From assembly GCA_963720505.1 (NCBI GenBank), contig CAVRFT010000006.1:3781-67780 (forward strand): a DNA stretch of 64,000 bases, read 5' to 3'. Made by a program: the position numbers and the translations under genes. Source of the DNA: an uncultured Chloroflexia bacterium. Lineage in GTDB: Bacteria; Chloroflexota; Limnocylindria; QHBO01. Shown here in pieces: positions 39,513-49,269 of this stretch (within the stretch, counting starts at the first letter, position 1; each line of letters opens with the position of its first letter). The notes under the pieces are model-generated. The model did not search any database. It was not told the origin of the DNA and saw only the letters and a program-made list of their open reading frames with translations.

Positions 39513-40229
39513 TCAGGCTCCGGACAGCTTCTCCGTGCGGCCGACCCAGGTGCCGCACCACGCGCAGTAGCGGTCGGTCGGCTGGATCGACTCCCGGCAG
39601 TTCGGACAACGGGCCGGCCCCAACTCCGCCAGCGCGGAGCGTACCGCGGCGATCACGGCGATGGCGGCCCGTCGCGCGCGCCGGTGCAGCAATCCCATCC
39701 ACGGCCGGTACGGCTCGAACTGCGTGACCCGGCTTGCCCGCCGATGGAGCAACCCCATCCATGACGTGCGAGGCTCGAATGGCGTGATCTGGGCCGGTGC
39801 CGGGCGCGGCGCCACGGACCGCGGCGCCGTCGGATGGGAAGCAACCGTTCGCGCGACCCACGTCGGCGTCGTCGCGGCACGGCGGACCGCAGGCCACGAT
39901 TGGCGGCCGTGGTACAGGAAGCGGCGGCGAGCGCCGTCATACGCCGCGCGGGAGCGCGGATCGCTGAGCAGGCTGCGAACCGCGTTCACGATCTGCATCT
40001 CTTCATGTGCGCGCGGCGATCGGTTGTAGTCGGGATGGAAGGCCAGGGCCAGGCGGCGGCAGGCGACCGCGATCTCCTGATCGTTGGCGGTGGGCTCGAC
40101 CTGCAGCAGACGGTAGACGTCGCGTTCGGGAGCGTAGGGCAGCAGGCTGGAAGTCATCGGGTCGCGGGTCATGGTAGCCCATGCCCCAAGGGCATGCGAC
40201 GCGCATCTGGCCGCCATGCTGCGCGCCAA
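39513..40229 (-). CDS. J-domain protein with an internal tandem repeat and a C-terminal zinc ribbon
   Basis: [33 protein letters not shown] (HPD motif). C-terminus [19 protein letters not shown]. The start is probably an internal ATG (40172 or 40157) rather than TTG 40229. Confidence 0.7.
   Translation of the reverse strand: MARSMAARCASHALGAWATMTRDPMTSSLLPYAPERDVYRLLQVEPTANDQEIAVACRRLALAFHPDYNRSPRAHEEMQIVNAVRSLLSDPRSRAAYDGARRRFLYHGRQSWPAVRRAATTPTWVARTVASHPTAPRSVAPRPAPAQITPFEPRTSWMGLLHRRASRVTQFEPYRPWMGLLHRRARRAAIAVIAAVRSALAELGPARCPNCRESIQPTDRYCAWCGTWVGRTEKLSGA
39669..39788 (-). repeat. in-frame tandem repeat, 2 x 60 nt (about 75% identical)
   Basis: Encodes [20 protein letters not shown] / [20 protein letters not shown] inside the J-domain/zinc-ribbon gene. 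Confidence 0.8.
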
Positions 40230-40285
40230 TCTGAGGCGAACTGCTGCTAATTAGCAAGTCCGTCATAACAATTTCGAAAATGGGG

Positions 40286-40314
40286 TTGACAGACTGATGC
40301 ACCAGCTGTACAGT
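40286..40314 (+). promoter_or_regulatory. sigma-70-type promoter TTGACA-N17-TACAGT in an AT-rich island
   Basis: Sequence ggggTTGACAgactgatgcaccagctgTACAGTgcac, flanked by TTCGAA palindromes at 40273..40278 and 40326..40331. Lies about 55 nt upstream of the small ORF. Confidence 0.6.
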
Positions 40315-40371
40315 GCACACAGATCTTCGAAATGAAGACATAGAACTGTCAATTCCAAAGGAGAGGTTGCC

Positions 40372-40524
40372 ATGTTGGACTATCGACTGCACTACGCCAT
40401 CCTGGCCGCCGAGGACCGCGTTCGTGGCTCTCGGGACCATGTCGCATCACAGAACCGCGGCATCCGCCGCATCTTCCGGGTCGGCGGCAGCCGCCCGGCC
40501 GTCCGCGAGATGGGACGCCGCTAG
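40372..40524 (+). CDS. small basic protein, 50 aa, hypothetical (below the ORF-track cutoff)
   Basis: AAGGAGAGG lies 5 nt before ATG. Sequence MLDYRLHYAILAAEDRVRGSRDHVASQNRGIRRIFRVGGSRPAVREMGRR*. GC3 is about 80%, like real genes here. Its stop is 3 nt before the DUF2089 ATG. Confidence 0.45.
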   Translation: MLDYRLHYAILAAEDRVRGSRDHVASQNRGIRRIFRVGGSRPAVREMGRR

Positions 40525-40527
40525 GCC

Positions 40528-40970
40528 ATGGCTCGCGACGTCATCTCCACCTGTCCCGTCTGCGAGGGCGAGCTGACCATCTCGCGGCTCCACTGCCGCA
40601 GCTGTGGCACCGCCCTCGAAGGCGAGTTCGGCGTCGGTCGCTTCGGCCGGCTGAGCAAGGAGCAGATGTCCCTGCTCGAGAGCTTCCTGCGCTCGCGGGG
40701 CAATCTGAAGGAGATGGAGCGCGAGCTCGGAATCTCCTATCCCACGGTCCGTGGCCGCGTTGACGCCCTGGTGCGCGCGCTTGGCCTGGCCGAGGACGTC
40801 GAAGGCGAAGCCAAGAGCTGGACGAGCCTGGAGCCGTGGCTGAGGCGCCGGAGGCACCCGATGCCGACCTGGCAGCCGAGCGACGCGCCATCCTGGAGCG
40901 CCTCTCCAGGCGCGAGATCGCGGCCGACGAGGCCGCGGCCGCACTGCGCGAGCTCGGCGGCGGGAGCTGA
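40528..40970 (+). pseudogene. DUF2089 family protein (zinc ribbon plus HTH), frameshifted near 40810
   Basis: CPVCEGELTISRLHCRSCGTALEGEF..LSKEQMSLLESFLRSRGNLKEMERELGISYPTVRGRVDAL. The corrected tail ELDEPGAVAEAPEAPDADLAAERRAILERLSRREIAADEAAAALRELGGGS* stops at 40970. Confidence 0.75.
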
Positions 40971-40973
40971 GCA

Positions 40974-41983
40974 GTGGCCACCTTCTACCGCACGCAGACG
41001 ATTGAACATCCCATTGGCCTGAGCGGGCGCGTGGCCATCAAGGTCACGTCGGCCGATGGTGTCCTGCGCGGCGTGTCGGGCGAGACCGCCCGCATCACCG
41101 CCAACTTCCAGATCCGTGCCAGCTCCGACGAGGAGGCCGATCGCATGTTCGCCGAGGCCCAGCTGGTGGTGGAGCAGGGCGATGGCTACCTGCGTGTCTC
41201 CGAGCCCGATCGCCACTCGCCCCTCGGCGGCCTGGTGGGCCGCATCATCACCGGACGCGTCGTGGACTTTGACATCACCGCCGAGATCCCGGAGCAGCGC
41301 CGAGCTGAGCCTGGCTGGCGTCTCCGCGGACGTGAACGTCGAAGGCCTGTTGGGCGACACAGGCCTACGCGACCGTGTCAGGGGACCTGTCCCTGACCCG
41401 GCTGGGCGGGTCGGCGAGCGTGAACAGCGTCTCGGGTGACGTGACCATGCGCGCCGACCAGCCCATTTCGGTCAACGCCGACACGGTCTCAGGCGACCTC
41501 AGCGTGGTGGCGCCCGTCATCCGCAGCCTGCGCGCCAACGCGGTCTCGGGTGACATCGACCTGGAGGGAGAGCTGGCCATGGGCGAGCACTATCGGATCG
41601 ACACGGTCAGCGGCGACCTGAGCATCGCGCTGCTCGGTGGCGCCGTCTTCGAGGTGCGCGGCATCTCGACCGACGTGAGCAGCGACCTGGACCATCGGAT
41701 CGAGGGACACCAGGATCGGCGGCGGGTCACCGTGGGCGCCGGCGGGCCGGAGGTCTTCTTCAACTCGATGTCCGGGGACGTGGCGATCCACCGGCCGCGG
41801 CGCCTGGACCCGGTGCCCGCTCCCCCGCCGGCGCCCGCGCCACCGGCCGCGCCGGCGCCTCCCACGCCGTCCACGGACGAGCAGCTGGCGATCCTGCAGG
41901 CGCTCGAGCGCGGCGAGATCGACGTGGAGGAGGCCACGCGCCGGCTGAGCGGCGCACCGACCGGACCGCGCTCAGATGAGTGA
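40974..41983 (+). pseudogene. DUF4097 (LiaG/YvlB-like beta-helix, putative adhesin) protein, two frameshifts near 41295 and 41359
   Basis: Repeated ..VSGDL/VSGDV.. rungs: SADVNVEGLLGD, ATVSGDLSLTRLGGSASVNSVSGDVTMRA, ADTVSGDLSVV, NAVSGDIDLEG, IDTVSGDLSIAL, SMSGDVAIH. Pro/Ala linker, then DEQLAILQALERGEIDVEEATRRL. Confidence 0.7.
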
Positions 41984-42371
41984 CGAGATGAACACGGTGC
42001 TGCGCCTGGTGGCCGAGGGCAAGCTCTCGCCGGAGGAGGCCGCACCCATCATCGAGGCGCTGAGCCAGGCCCGGGATGCGGTGATCCGCGCGCCCCAGGC
42101 CCTGGCCATCAATGACGCGCTGGACGCGGAGGGCCGGCCAGTCGCCCGCGGACGCCAGCGGCGGGTACGCATCCAGGTCAACGAGCGCGGACGACGGGTC
42201 GTCGACGTCCGGGTGCCGCTCGCCTTCGCTGCCGCCGCGGCACGGATGGTGCCGGGCATCCCGGAGAGCTACGCAGCGCTCATCGAGCAGGCGGTCGACA
42301 GCAACACCACCGGCACGATCGTGGAGGCGGAGGACGAGACGGGCGACGGCGTCGTCATCTCGATGGAGTAG
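41976..42371 (+). CDS. hypothetical protein with an N-terminal SHOCT-like (YvlB/LiaX N-terminal type) motif
   Basis: Intact 131-aa ORF overlapping the upstream stop by 8 nt. Begins MNTVLRLVAEGKLSPEEAAPIIEAL. Confidence 0.6.
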   Translation: MSDEMNTVLRLVAEGKLSPEEAAPIIEALSQARDAVIRAPQALAINDALDAEGRPVARGRQRRVRIQVNERGRRVVDVRVPLAFAAAAARMVPGIPESYAALIEQAVDSNTTGTIVEAEDETGDGVVISME

Positions 42372-42373
42372 GC

Positions 42374-43675
42374 ATGGATACCACCGCGACCCCGACCACC
42401 AGCACGCCCATCGCCACCCCCGAGGAGCCGCAGAGCGGCCCGGCCATGCTGCTGCCGCTGCGCCTGCGGGACTTCCGGCTGATCTTCACCGGCGAGACCA
42501 TTTCGCTGATCGGCGACCAGTTCCATTTCATCGCGCTGGCCTGGCTGGCACTGCAGCTGACCGGGTCCGGCGTGGCGCTGGGCACCGTGCTGATGGCAGC
42601 CGCCATCCCGCGTGCCGTCTTCATGCTGCTCGGCGGCGCGATGTCGGACCGCGTCTCGCCGCGCAGCCTGATGATCATCTCGAACGCGCTGCGCGCGGTG
42701 GTGGTCGCGCGTCGTGGCGTTCCTGGTGCTGAGCGGCAATGCGCAACTGTGGCAGCTGTACGTGCTGGCCGTCATCTTCGGCGTGGTGGACGCCTTCTTC
42801 CACCCGGCGCTGAACACCATCGTGCCGATGATCGTCAGCGAGAAGCTGCTGCCGCCGGCCAATGCCCTGGTCCAGGTGATGCAGCAGCTGTCCGGGCTCA
42901 TCGGTCCTGCCGTCGCCGGTCTGGTCATCGCGGCCATCAACACCGGACCGGCCTTCGCCATCGATGCCGCCTCGTTCGCCGTGGCCACCGTCTGCCTGCT
43001 CTTCGTGCACGGCGGCCGTCGCGCGGCACCGACCACCGACGACGTGCCACGCGAGAGCGTGCTGGCCAACATCGGCTCAGGCCTGTCCTACGCCTGGCGC
43101 GACCCCGCCATGCGCGCGATCGTGCTGCTGACGACCGCCTTCAATTTCGCGTTCACCGGCCCGCGTGTCGGTGGGGCTCCCCTACCTCGCCAAGGAACGC
43201 TTCGGCGGCGGCCCGGCCGAGTTCGGGCTGATGCTGTCGATGTTCGGGCTGGGCGCCCTGGCGGGAGCGCTGCTGGCGGGCTCGCTGCGCCACGTGCCGC
43301 GGCTCGGCCTGGTGGTGCTGCTCATTGCCGGCGGCCTGGGCGTTGGCGTGGCGCTGGTCGGGAACGCCCCGAGCCTGTGGATCGTAGACGGGGCCATCCT
43401 GCTCATCGGCCTGGGTGCCGGCTTCGTCAACGTGCGGGTCATCGCCTGGCTGCAGGCGCGCACCGACGAGGCGTTCCGTGGGCGGGTGATGAGCCTGGTG
43501 ATGCTGGGCGGCGTCGGCCTGGCGCCGTTCAGCCTGGCCATCGCGGGATTCGATCATCGACCTTGGCGCGGTCACGCTGCTCTTCTCGGTGGCCGGCGCC
43601 ATCGTGGTCGCCGCCGTGCTGGCCGGCTTCTACTCCGGCGTGCCGGCCCAGATGACCGATGAGGTGGCGGCATGA
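42374..43675 (+). pseudogene. MFS transporter (DUF894/EntS-like), three frameshifts near 42710, 43164 and 43552
   Basis: FRLIFTGETISLIGDQFHFIALAWLAL..GGAMSDR, then VAFLVLSGNAQLWQLYVLAVIFGVVDAFFHPA, then VSVGLPYLAKERFGGG, then IIDLGAVTLLFSVAG..*. The frames cycle 2,0,1,2. The stop overlaps the next ATG. Confidence 0.8.
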
Positions 43676-44697
43676 AGCCCGGCTACGAAGGCCCGGCCAT
43701 CGATGCCGTGGGGCTGGTCAAGGAGTTCGAGCGCGGCCGGCGCACGACGTGGCAACGGATGCGCCGGCAGCCGGACCAGCGGGAGCGCTTCCGCGCGGTG
43801 GACGGCATCGATCTGCGGGTCGAGCGCGGCGAGATCTTCGGCGTGCTGGGGCCAAACGGCGCAGGCAAGACCACCACCATGAAGATGCTGTCGACCCTGC
43901 TGGAGCCGACCGAGGGCACGGCCCGGATCCTGGGCTATGACGTCGTGCGCGAGGCGCGCGAGGTGCGGCGACGGATGGGCGCGGTGCTGTCCGACGGCCG
44001 CAGCCTGTACTGGAAGCTCACCGCCCGCGAGAACCTGGAGTACTTCGCCGCGCTGTATCACGTGCCGCCCAAGGAGGAGAAGGCGCGGATCGCATCGGCC
44101 CTGGAGGCGGTCAAGCTCGACGACCGGGGGGATGACTATGTCGAGCGTTACAGCACCGGCATGCGGCAGCGGCTGGTCCTGGCGAGGGCCCTCCTGCCCG
44201 ATCCCGAGCTGCTGCTGCTGGACGAGCCGACGGTCGGCCTGGATCCGCAGTCATCGCGCGACCTGCGCGACCGCGTCCGCGACCTGAAGGCGCAGGGCCG
44301 GACGGTACTGCTCACCACCCATTACATGGAAGAGGCCGACCAGCTCTGCGACCGCATCGCGATCGTGGACCACGGCCACGTGGTGGCGCTCGACACGCCG
44401 ACCGGGCTGAAGCGCACCATCGCGGCCACCGAGGTCGTTCACCTGGAGATCGAATCCAGCCCGGCCGATGCCGCACTGCTTTCCCGGCTCGAGCGCACGG
44501 CCGGCGCGCTGGCGCGCCAGGAACACCAGAACGGAACGCTGCAGGTCACCGTCCACGTGCGCAGCGCGCGGGACTTCGTGCCGATCGCCTTCGACGCCGC
44601 GCGCGAGGAGAACGCCGCCATCAAGCACGTCGAGGTCGTGCCCGTCACGCTCGAAGACGTCTTCATCTCGCTGACCGGCCGGGCACTGCGCGAATGA
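43672..44697 (+). CDS. ABC transporter ATP-binding protein (ABC-2 subfamily)
   Basis: Intact ORF with GPNGAGKTT, YSTGMRQRL and LLLLDEPTVGLD. Confidence 0.9.
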   Translation: MKPGYEGPAIDAVGLVKEFERGRRTTWQRMRRQPDQRERFRAVDGIDLRVERGEIFGVLGPNGAGKTTTMKMLSTLLEPTEGTARILGYDVVREAREVRRRMGAVLSDGRSLYWKLTARENLEYFAALYHVPPKEEKARIASALEAVKLDDRGDDYVERYSTGMRQRLVLARALLPDPELLLLDEPTVGLDPQSSRDLRDRVRDLKAQGRTVLLTTHYMEEADQLCDRIAIVDHGHVVALDTPTGLKRTIAATEVVHLEIESSPADAALLSRLERTAGALARQEHQNGTLQVTVHVRSARDFVPIAFDAAREENAAIKHVEVVPVTLEDVFISLTGRALRE

Positions 44698-45572
44698 CGG
44701 CCGCGCCAATGGCTTCGTCCCTACCTTCGCGATTGGACGACCTGCGAGCCGACCTGCGCGCCTTCGGGGCGGCCGGCATGAAGGAGTGGCGGCTACTGCG
44801 GCGCTATCCGAGCCTGTTCATCGGCTTCCTGTTCTGGCCGATCGCGCTGCCGCTGGCGTACGTCTTCCAGGCGCAGGGCTATTCCGGCGGCCAGCCGGCG
44901 GCGCTGGAGGCCTTCGCGCAGCGCGCCGGCACCGCCGACGTGGCGGGCTTCCTGTTCCTGGGCTGGGCGGCGTACATGTGGATCAGCATGATCCTGTGGG
45001 GTCCCGGCACCGCCCTGCGCACAGAGCAGGTGCGCGGCTCGCTGGAGGCTCTGTTCATGACACCGGTCAGCCGCCTGGTGATCCTGTTCGGTCCGGTCGT
45101 CAGCCAGATCGTCTGGGCCATCTGGATGTTCGCGGTGGTGGGCGGGGTGCTCGTCGTTTTCTTCCGGGTGCCCATCGGCCCCATCGAGGCGCTGCGTGCG
45201 CTGGGCGTCATCCTGGTGGCCGTGCCGGCCCTCTACGGGCTGGGCGCGCTGTTCGCCGCGGTGGTGCTGCGGTTCGGTGAAGTGAGCGCCATGGTCCAGA
45301 CCGTGCGCGGCGTTTTCACCGTCTTCTGCGGCATGACCTTCCCGATCATCATCCTGCCGGTCTGGGCCAAGGCGGTTGCGCTGAGCCTGCCGCCCACCTA
45401 CCTGATCGGTGACCTGCGGGCCGTGCTGCTGAAGGGCAGCGACTTCGTGACGGTCATACCTGAGCTGGCCATCCTCGCCGCGATGGGGATCGCGCTCTGC
45501 GGCTTCGCGGTCGTCGCCTTCCGACGCACCGAGCGCTTTGCCCGCCAGGGCGGCAGCCTGGCCCAGTACTGA
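44694..45572 (+). CDS. ABC-2 type transporter permease
   Basis: Intact 292-aa ORF with an ATGA overlap and six TM helices. Confidence 0.8.
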   Translation: MTAAPMASSLPSRLDDLRADLRAFGAAGMKEWRLLRRYPSLFIGFLFWPIALPLAYVFQAQGYSGGQPAALEAFAQRAGTADVAGFLFLGWAAYMWISMILWGPGTALRTEQVRGSLEALFMTPVSRLVILFGPVVSQIVWAIWMFAVVGGVLVVFFRVPIGPIEALRALGVILVAVPALYGLGALFAAVVLRFGEVSAMVQTVRGVFTVFCGMTFPIIILPVWAKAVALSLPPTYLIGDLRAVLLKGSDFVTVIPELAILAAMGIALCGFAVVAFRRTERFARQGGSLAQY

Positions 45573-45585
45573 TGCGTCCTCACCG

Positions 45586-46410
45586 ATGATCGAAGAGCTG
45601 AAGGCCGCATGGGCCGTCGCCCGCAAGGAGCTGCAGGTCGCGCGGCGCTATCCGCTGAACCTCGTCAACGAGGTGCTGCAGCCCCTCTACCAGTTCCTGT
45701 TGCCGAGCCTGCTGCTGGGCCTGACCTTCTACGTGGGCGGCCGGGCCGTCGGCCTGGAGGCCACCACCGGCACCGATGACCTGGCGGGCTACCTGTTCCT
45801 GGGCACGGTCGTCGGCGGGCTGGTGAGCGCCGCCTTCTGGGACATGGCGTTCGGCCTGAAGCGGGAGATGGACGCCGGGACGCTGGAGCCGACCTGGCTG
45901 ACGCCGACGCGGCCGGACACCACGGTGCTGGGCCGGGCCATCTCGGGCGGAATGCTGTCCGCGGCCGCCAGCGTCATCCTCGTCACGGTCGGAGCCCTCG
46001 TCTTCGGTGCCAACCTCGCCACCGGCATGCTGGCGGGCCTGCCGGCCCTGGTGCTGGCCTCGATCAGCATGATCGGCATCGGCTACCTGGTGGCCTCCGC
46101 GGTGCTGATGATCCGCGAGCCGAACTTCATGGTCGATTCAACCAACTTCATCTTCGCCATGCTCTCGGGCGTGGCCTTCCCGATCACCGTCCTGCCGCCG
46201 GTGATCCAGCCTTTCTGCTACCTCCTGCCGACCACCTATGCGATCGACCTGCTCCGCTTCTACGCGCTCGGCACCATTCCGTTGCTGCCGCCTGCGGTCG
46301 AGTGGCTCGCGCTGATCGTTCTGGCGCCCGTGACCGTCGTGGTCGGGCGCTGGGTCTTCTTGCGGACCGAGCACCGCATGCGCGTGCTGGGCACTACCGG
46401 CCAGCACTGA
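45586..46410 (+). CDS. ABC-2 type transporter permease (second subunit)
   Basis: ATG 45586 (MIEELKAAWAVARKEL) within track ORF 45538..46410. Six TM helices. Confidence 0.8.
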   Translation: MIEELKAAWAVARKELQVARRYPLNLVNEVLQPLYQFLLPSLLLGLTFYVGGRAVGLEATTGTDDLAGYLFLGTVVGGLVSAAFWDMAFGLKREMDAGTLEPTWLTPTRPDTTVLGRAISGGMLSAAASVILVTVGALVFGANLATGMLAGLPALVLASISMIGIGYLVASAVLMIREPNFMVDSTNFIFAMLSGVAFPITVLPPVIQPFCYLLPTTYAIDLLRFYALGTIPLLPPAVEWLALIVLAPVTVVVGRWVFLRTEHRMRVLGTTGQH

Positions 46411-46503
46411 CCCGGCGTCCGGCCTCCCTTCCAAGCACGCCGCGTCTCCGCGCCGGTGAGGGCTGCCCGCTGGCCCACCACGTGCAGCACAATGTGCGCC
46501 GTC

Positions 46504-48579
46504 ATGCAGAGGAACCAGCCCGACCGGAACGGGCCTGAATCACGCCGCGTCGACCCGCTGCTCGAAGTGAGGGAGCGGAAGGTCGGCGCACGTCCGGGTG
46601 ATGCCTACGTCCGTATCGTACGGCCCTTCGACGACGAGTTCGAGCGGTCCGACGAAGGGACGCTGATCGCCTCGGAGAAGACCATCCTGGACCGGCGTGG
46701 CTGGCATGCCGCGATGCGTGGATTCCGCACCGCCCTGATCGGTCGACCCATCTCCACGGAGCACGAGGAGCACGAGCGGCTCAGCAAGACAAAGGCGCTG
46801 GCCGTCTTCAGCAGCGACAACATCAGCTCCAGCGCGTATGGACCCGAGGCGATCATGCGGGTGCTGGCACTGGCCGGCGTCGCCTCGCTGTTCCTCACCG
46901 TCCAGCTGACGGTGCTCATCATCGTGATGCTGGCCATCGTGACGGTCTCCTACCGCCAGACCATCAAGGCCTACCCGATGGGCGCCAGCAGCTACATCGT
47001 GGCCAGCGACAACCTCGGCGACCAGGCGGGCATCCTGGCGGCATCGGCGCTGCTCATCGGCTACACCGTCACGGTGGCCGTCTCCGTGTCCGCGGGCGTG
47101 GCGGCCATGACGTCGATCATCCCGCAGATCTACGAGTACCGCGTCTACATCAGTGTTGCCCTGGTTGCGCTGCTCATGCTCGGCAACCTGCGGGGCATAC
47201 GCGAGTCGGGGACCATCTTCATGGCGCCCACTTATCTGTACATCGTGGTCATGACGGGGCGTGATCGCCTGGGGCCTTCTGCAGGCCTTCACCGGCACGT
47301 TGGCCTCGTTCCAGCCGCCGGCGAGCTGGGTCGCACGATTGGGAGGCCAGCGGACAGGCACTGGGACTGCTCCTGATCCTGCGCGCCTTCTCCCAGGGTG
47401 CGGTGGCCCTGACCGGCGTCGAGGCCGTCTCCGACGGCGTGCCCGGCCTTCAAGCCACCCGAATGGAAGAACGCCCGGGCGACGCTGACCTGGGCTGCCA
47501 TCGTCTTCGGCATCCTGTTCCTGGGCATCGCCTACCTGGCCACCTTCGTTGGGATCGTGCCCGATCCGAACGAGACGCAGACCGTGCTCAGCTTGCTCGT
47601 CCGGCAGATCGCCGGAGACGGATTCGTCCTGATCCTGGCGCAGGTCGCCACCGCCCTGATCCTGGTGCTGGCCGCCAACACCAGCTTCGCCGACTTCCCG
47701 CGCCTCTCGTCGTTCCTGGCCCGCGACGGCTTCCTGCCGCGCCAGTTCGCCTTCCGGGGCGAGCGGCTGGCCTTCACCACCGGGATCATCGCCCTGGCGG
47801 GCATGGCCATCGGCCTGCTCATCATCTTCCAGGCCAGCGTCAGCGGCCTGATCCCGCTCTACACGCTGGGCGTGTTCATCGCGTTCACACTGTCGCAGTC
47901 CGGCATGTTCGCGCGCTGGTACCAGCGCCGCGAGCCCGGCTGGGTGCGCGGCCTACTCATCAACGGCCTTGGCGCCCTCACCACGGGGGTGGTGATGATC
48001 GTCGTGGGGGTCAGCAACTTCTTCAACGGATCCTGGCTGGTGATCGTGCTGGTCCCGATCCTGATGGTCTTCCTGTCCGGCATCCGCCGTCATTACCGCA
48101 ACCTCGACGATCGACTGGCGCTCGAACGGATCCCGGCCGGCAAGGAAGTGGCCGCCGAGCCGATCGTGATCGTGCCTGTGGCGCGGCTGGATCGCACCGC
48201 GCGCCAGGCGATTGCCTTCGCCAACTCGATCAGCAAGACCGCTACGGCAGTGCACATCACCAACAACCCCGAGTCGGCCGCCGAGCTGCGCGAACGCTGG
48301 CCGGACTGGGCCGGCTCGACGGAGCTGGTGGTGGTGGAGTCGCCCTATCGGGCCCTGGTCGGCCCATTGCTGCGCTACATGGACGCGCTGCAGGCCCAGG
48401 ATCCCGGCCGCCCGGTACTGGTGGTCCTGTCGGAGGTGGTGCCGCGCCATTGGTGGGAGAACCTGCTCCACAACCAGACCGCCCTGCGCCTGAAGCTGCG
48501 CCTCTTCGCCCGGCCGAACACGATCGTGGCCGACGTCCCCTATCACCTGCCCATCGACGAGTCGACGCGCCCGGGCTAG
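46504..48579 (+). pseudogene. APC superfamily permease with a C-terminal cytoplasmic domain, three frameshifts near 47257, 47334 and 47445
   Basis: RLSKTKALAVFSSDNISSSAYGPEAIM..., then VIAWGLLQAF, then LGLLLILRAFSQGAVALTGVEAVSDGVP, then AFKPPEWKNARATL, with the remainder in ORF 47557..48579. The frames cycle 1,2,0,1. Confidence 0.8.
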
Positions 48580-48671
48580 CGACGGCGTAACCGCCGGCGA
48601 ATCTCCCTCGACGAGGCACGCCCGACCGTCCCGGGCTGCGTTGGAATGGCACGACCACCGAGGGAGGCTCC

Positions 48672-49220
48672 ATGCGCCACCGCATTCCATCTCTGCTTCT
48701 CCCGGCCGTCCTGGCCGCGGCCGCCAGCCTGATGCTGGTTGCCGGAGCGCTCGGCGCCGAAACGGGCTTCTCGGCCGACCTGGCCAATGGTGGCGAGGGC
48801 GACGAGGATGGGTCCGGCACGGCCCACATCACGATCGACCCGGATACCGGCCAGGTCTGCTACGACCTGACGGTGGAGGGCATCCAGCCGGTCACGGCGT
48901 CGCACATTCACGTGGGGGCAGAGGGTGAGAACGGCGACGTGGTGGTGCCGCTGGACGTCGACGGCTTCGAGGGCTCCAGCAGTGACTGCGTCGACGCGTC
49001 CGACGCCGACCTGGCCGCCATCATCGCCAACCCGGCCGGCTACTACGTGAACATCCACACCGAGGACTTCCCCGCCGGAGCGATCCGCGGCCAGCTGGTC
49101 GCCGACTCGCCCGATACCGCCATGCAGACCCCGAGCTCGTCGCCCTGGGCGGCGATTGGGCTGCTGCTGGTGGCTGTGGCCGGCGCCCTGGGTGTGCGCG
49201 TCGCGCGACGCCGGGCCTGA
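48672..49220 (+). CDS. CHRD domain protein with signal peptide and C-terminal TM anchor
   Basis: Intact ORF. GSGTAHITIDPDTGQVCYDLTVEGI..ASHIHVGAEGENGDVVVPL..YYVNIHTEDFPAGAIRGQL. GAGGGAGG lies 4 nt upstream. Confidence 0.8.
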   Translation: MRHRIPSLLLPAVLAAAASLMLVAGALGAETGFSADLANGGEGDEDGSGTAHITIDPDTGQVCYDLTVEGIQPVTASHIHVGAEGENGDVVVPLDVDGFEGSSSDCVDASDADLAAIIANPAGYYVNIHTEDFPAGAIRGQLVADSPDTAMQTPSSSPWAAIGLLLVAVAGALGVRVARRRA

Positions 49221-49231
49221 CCTGAGTTCCC

Positions 49232-49252
49232 GGACGGTGCGCTGCACCGTCC
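49232..49252. terminator. hairpin GGACGGTGC-gct-GCACCGTCC
   Basis: Perfect 9-bp stem, 12 nt after the CHRD stop and between convergent genes. Confidence 0.55.
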
Positions 49253-49269
49253 AGCTCGCGTGCCCCACG

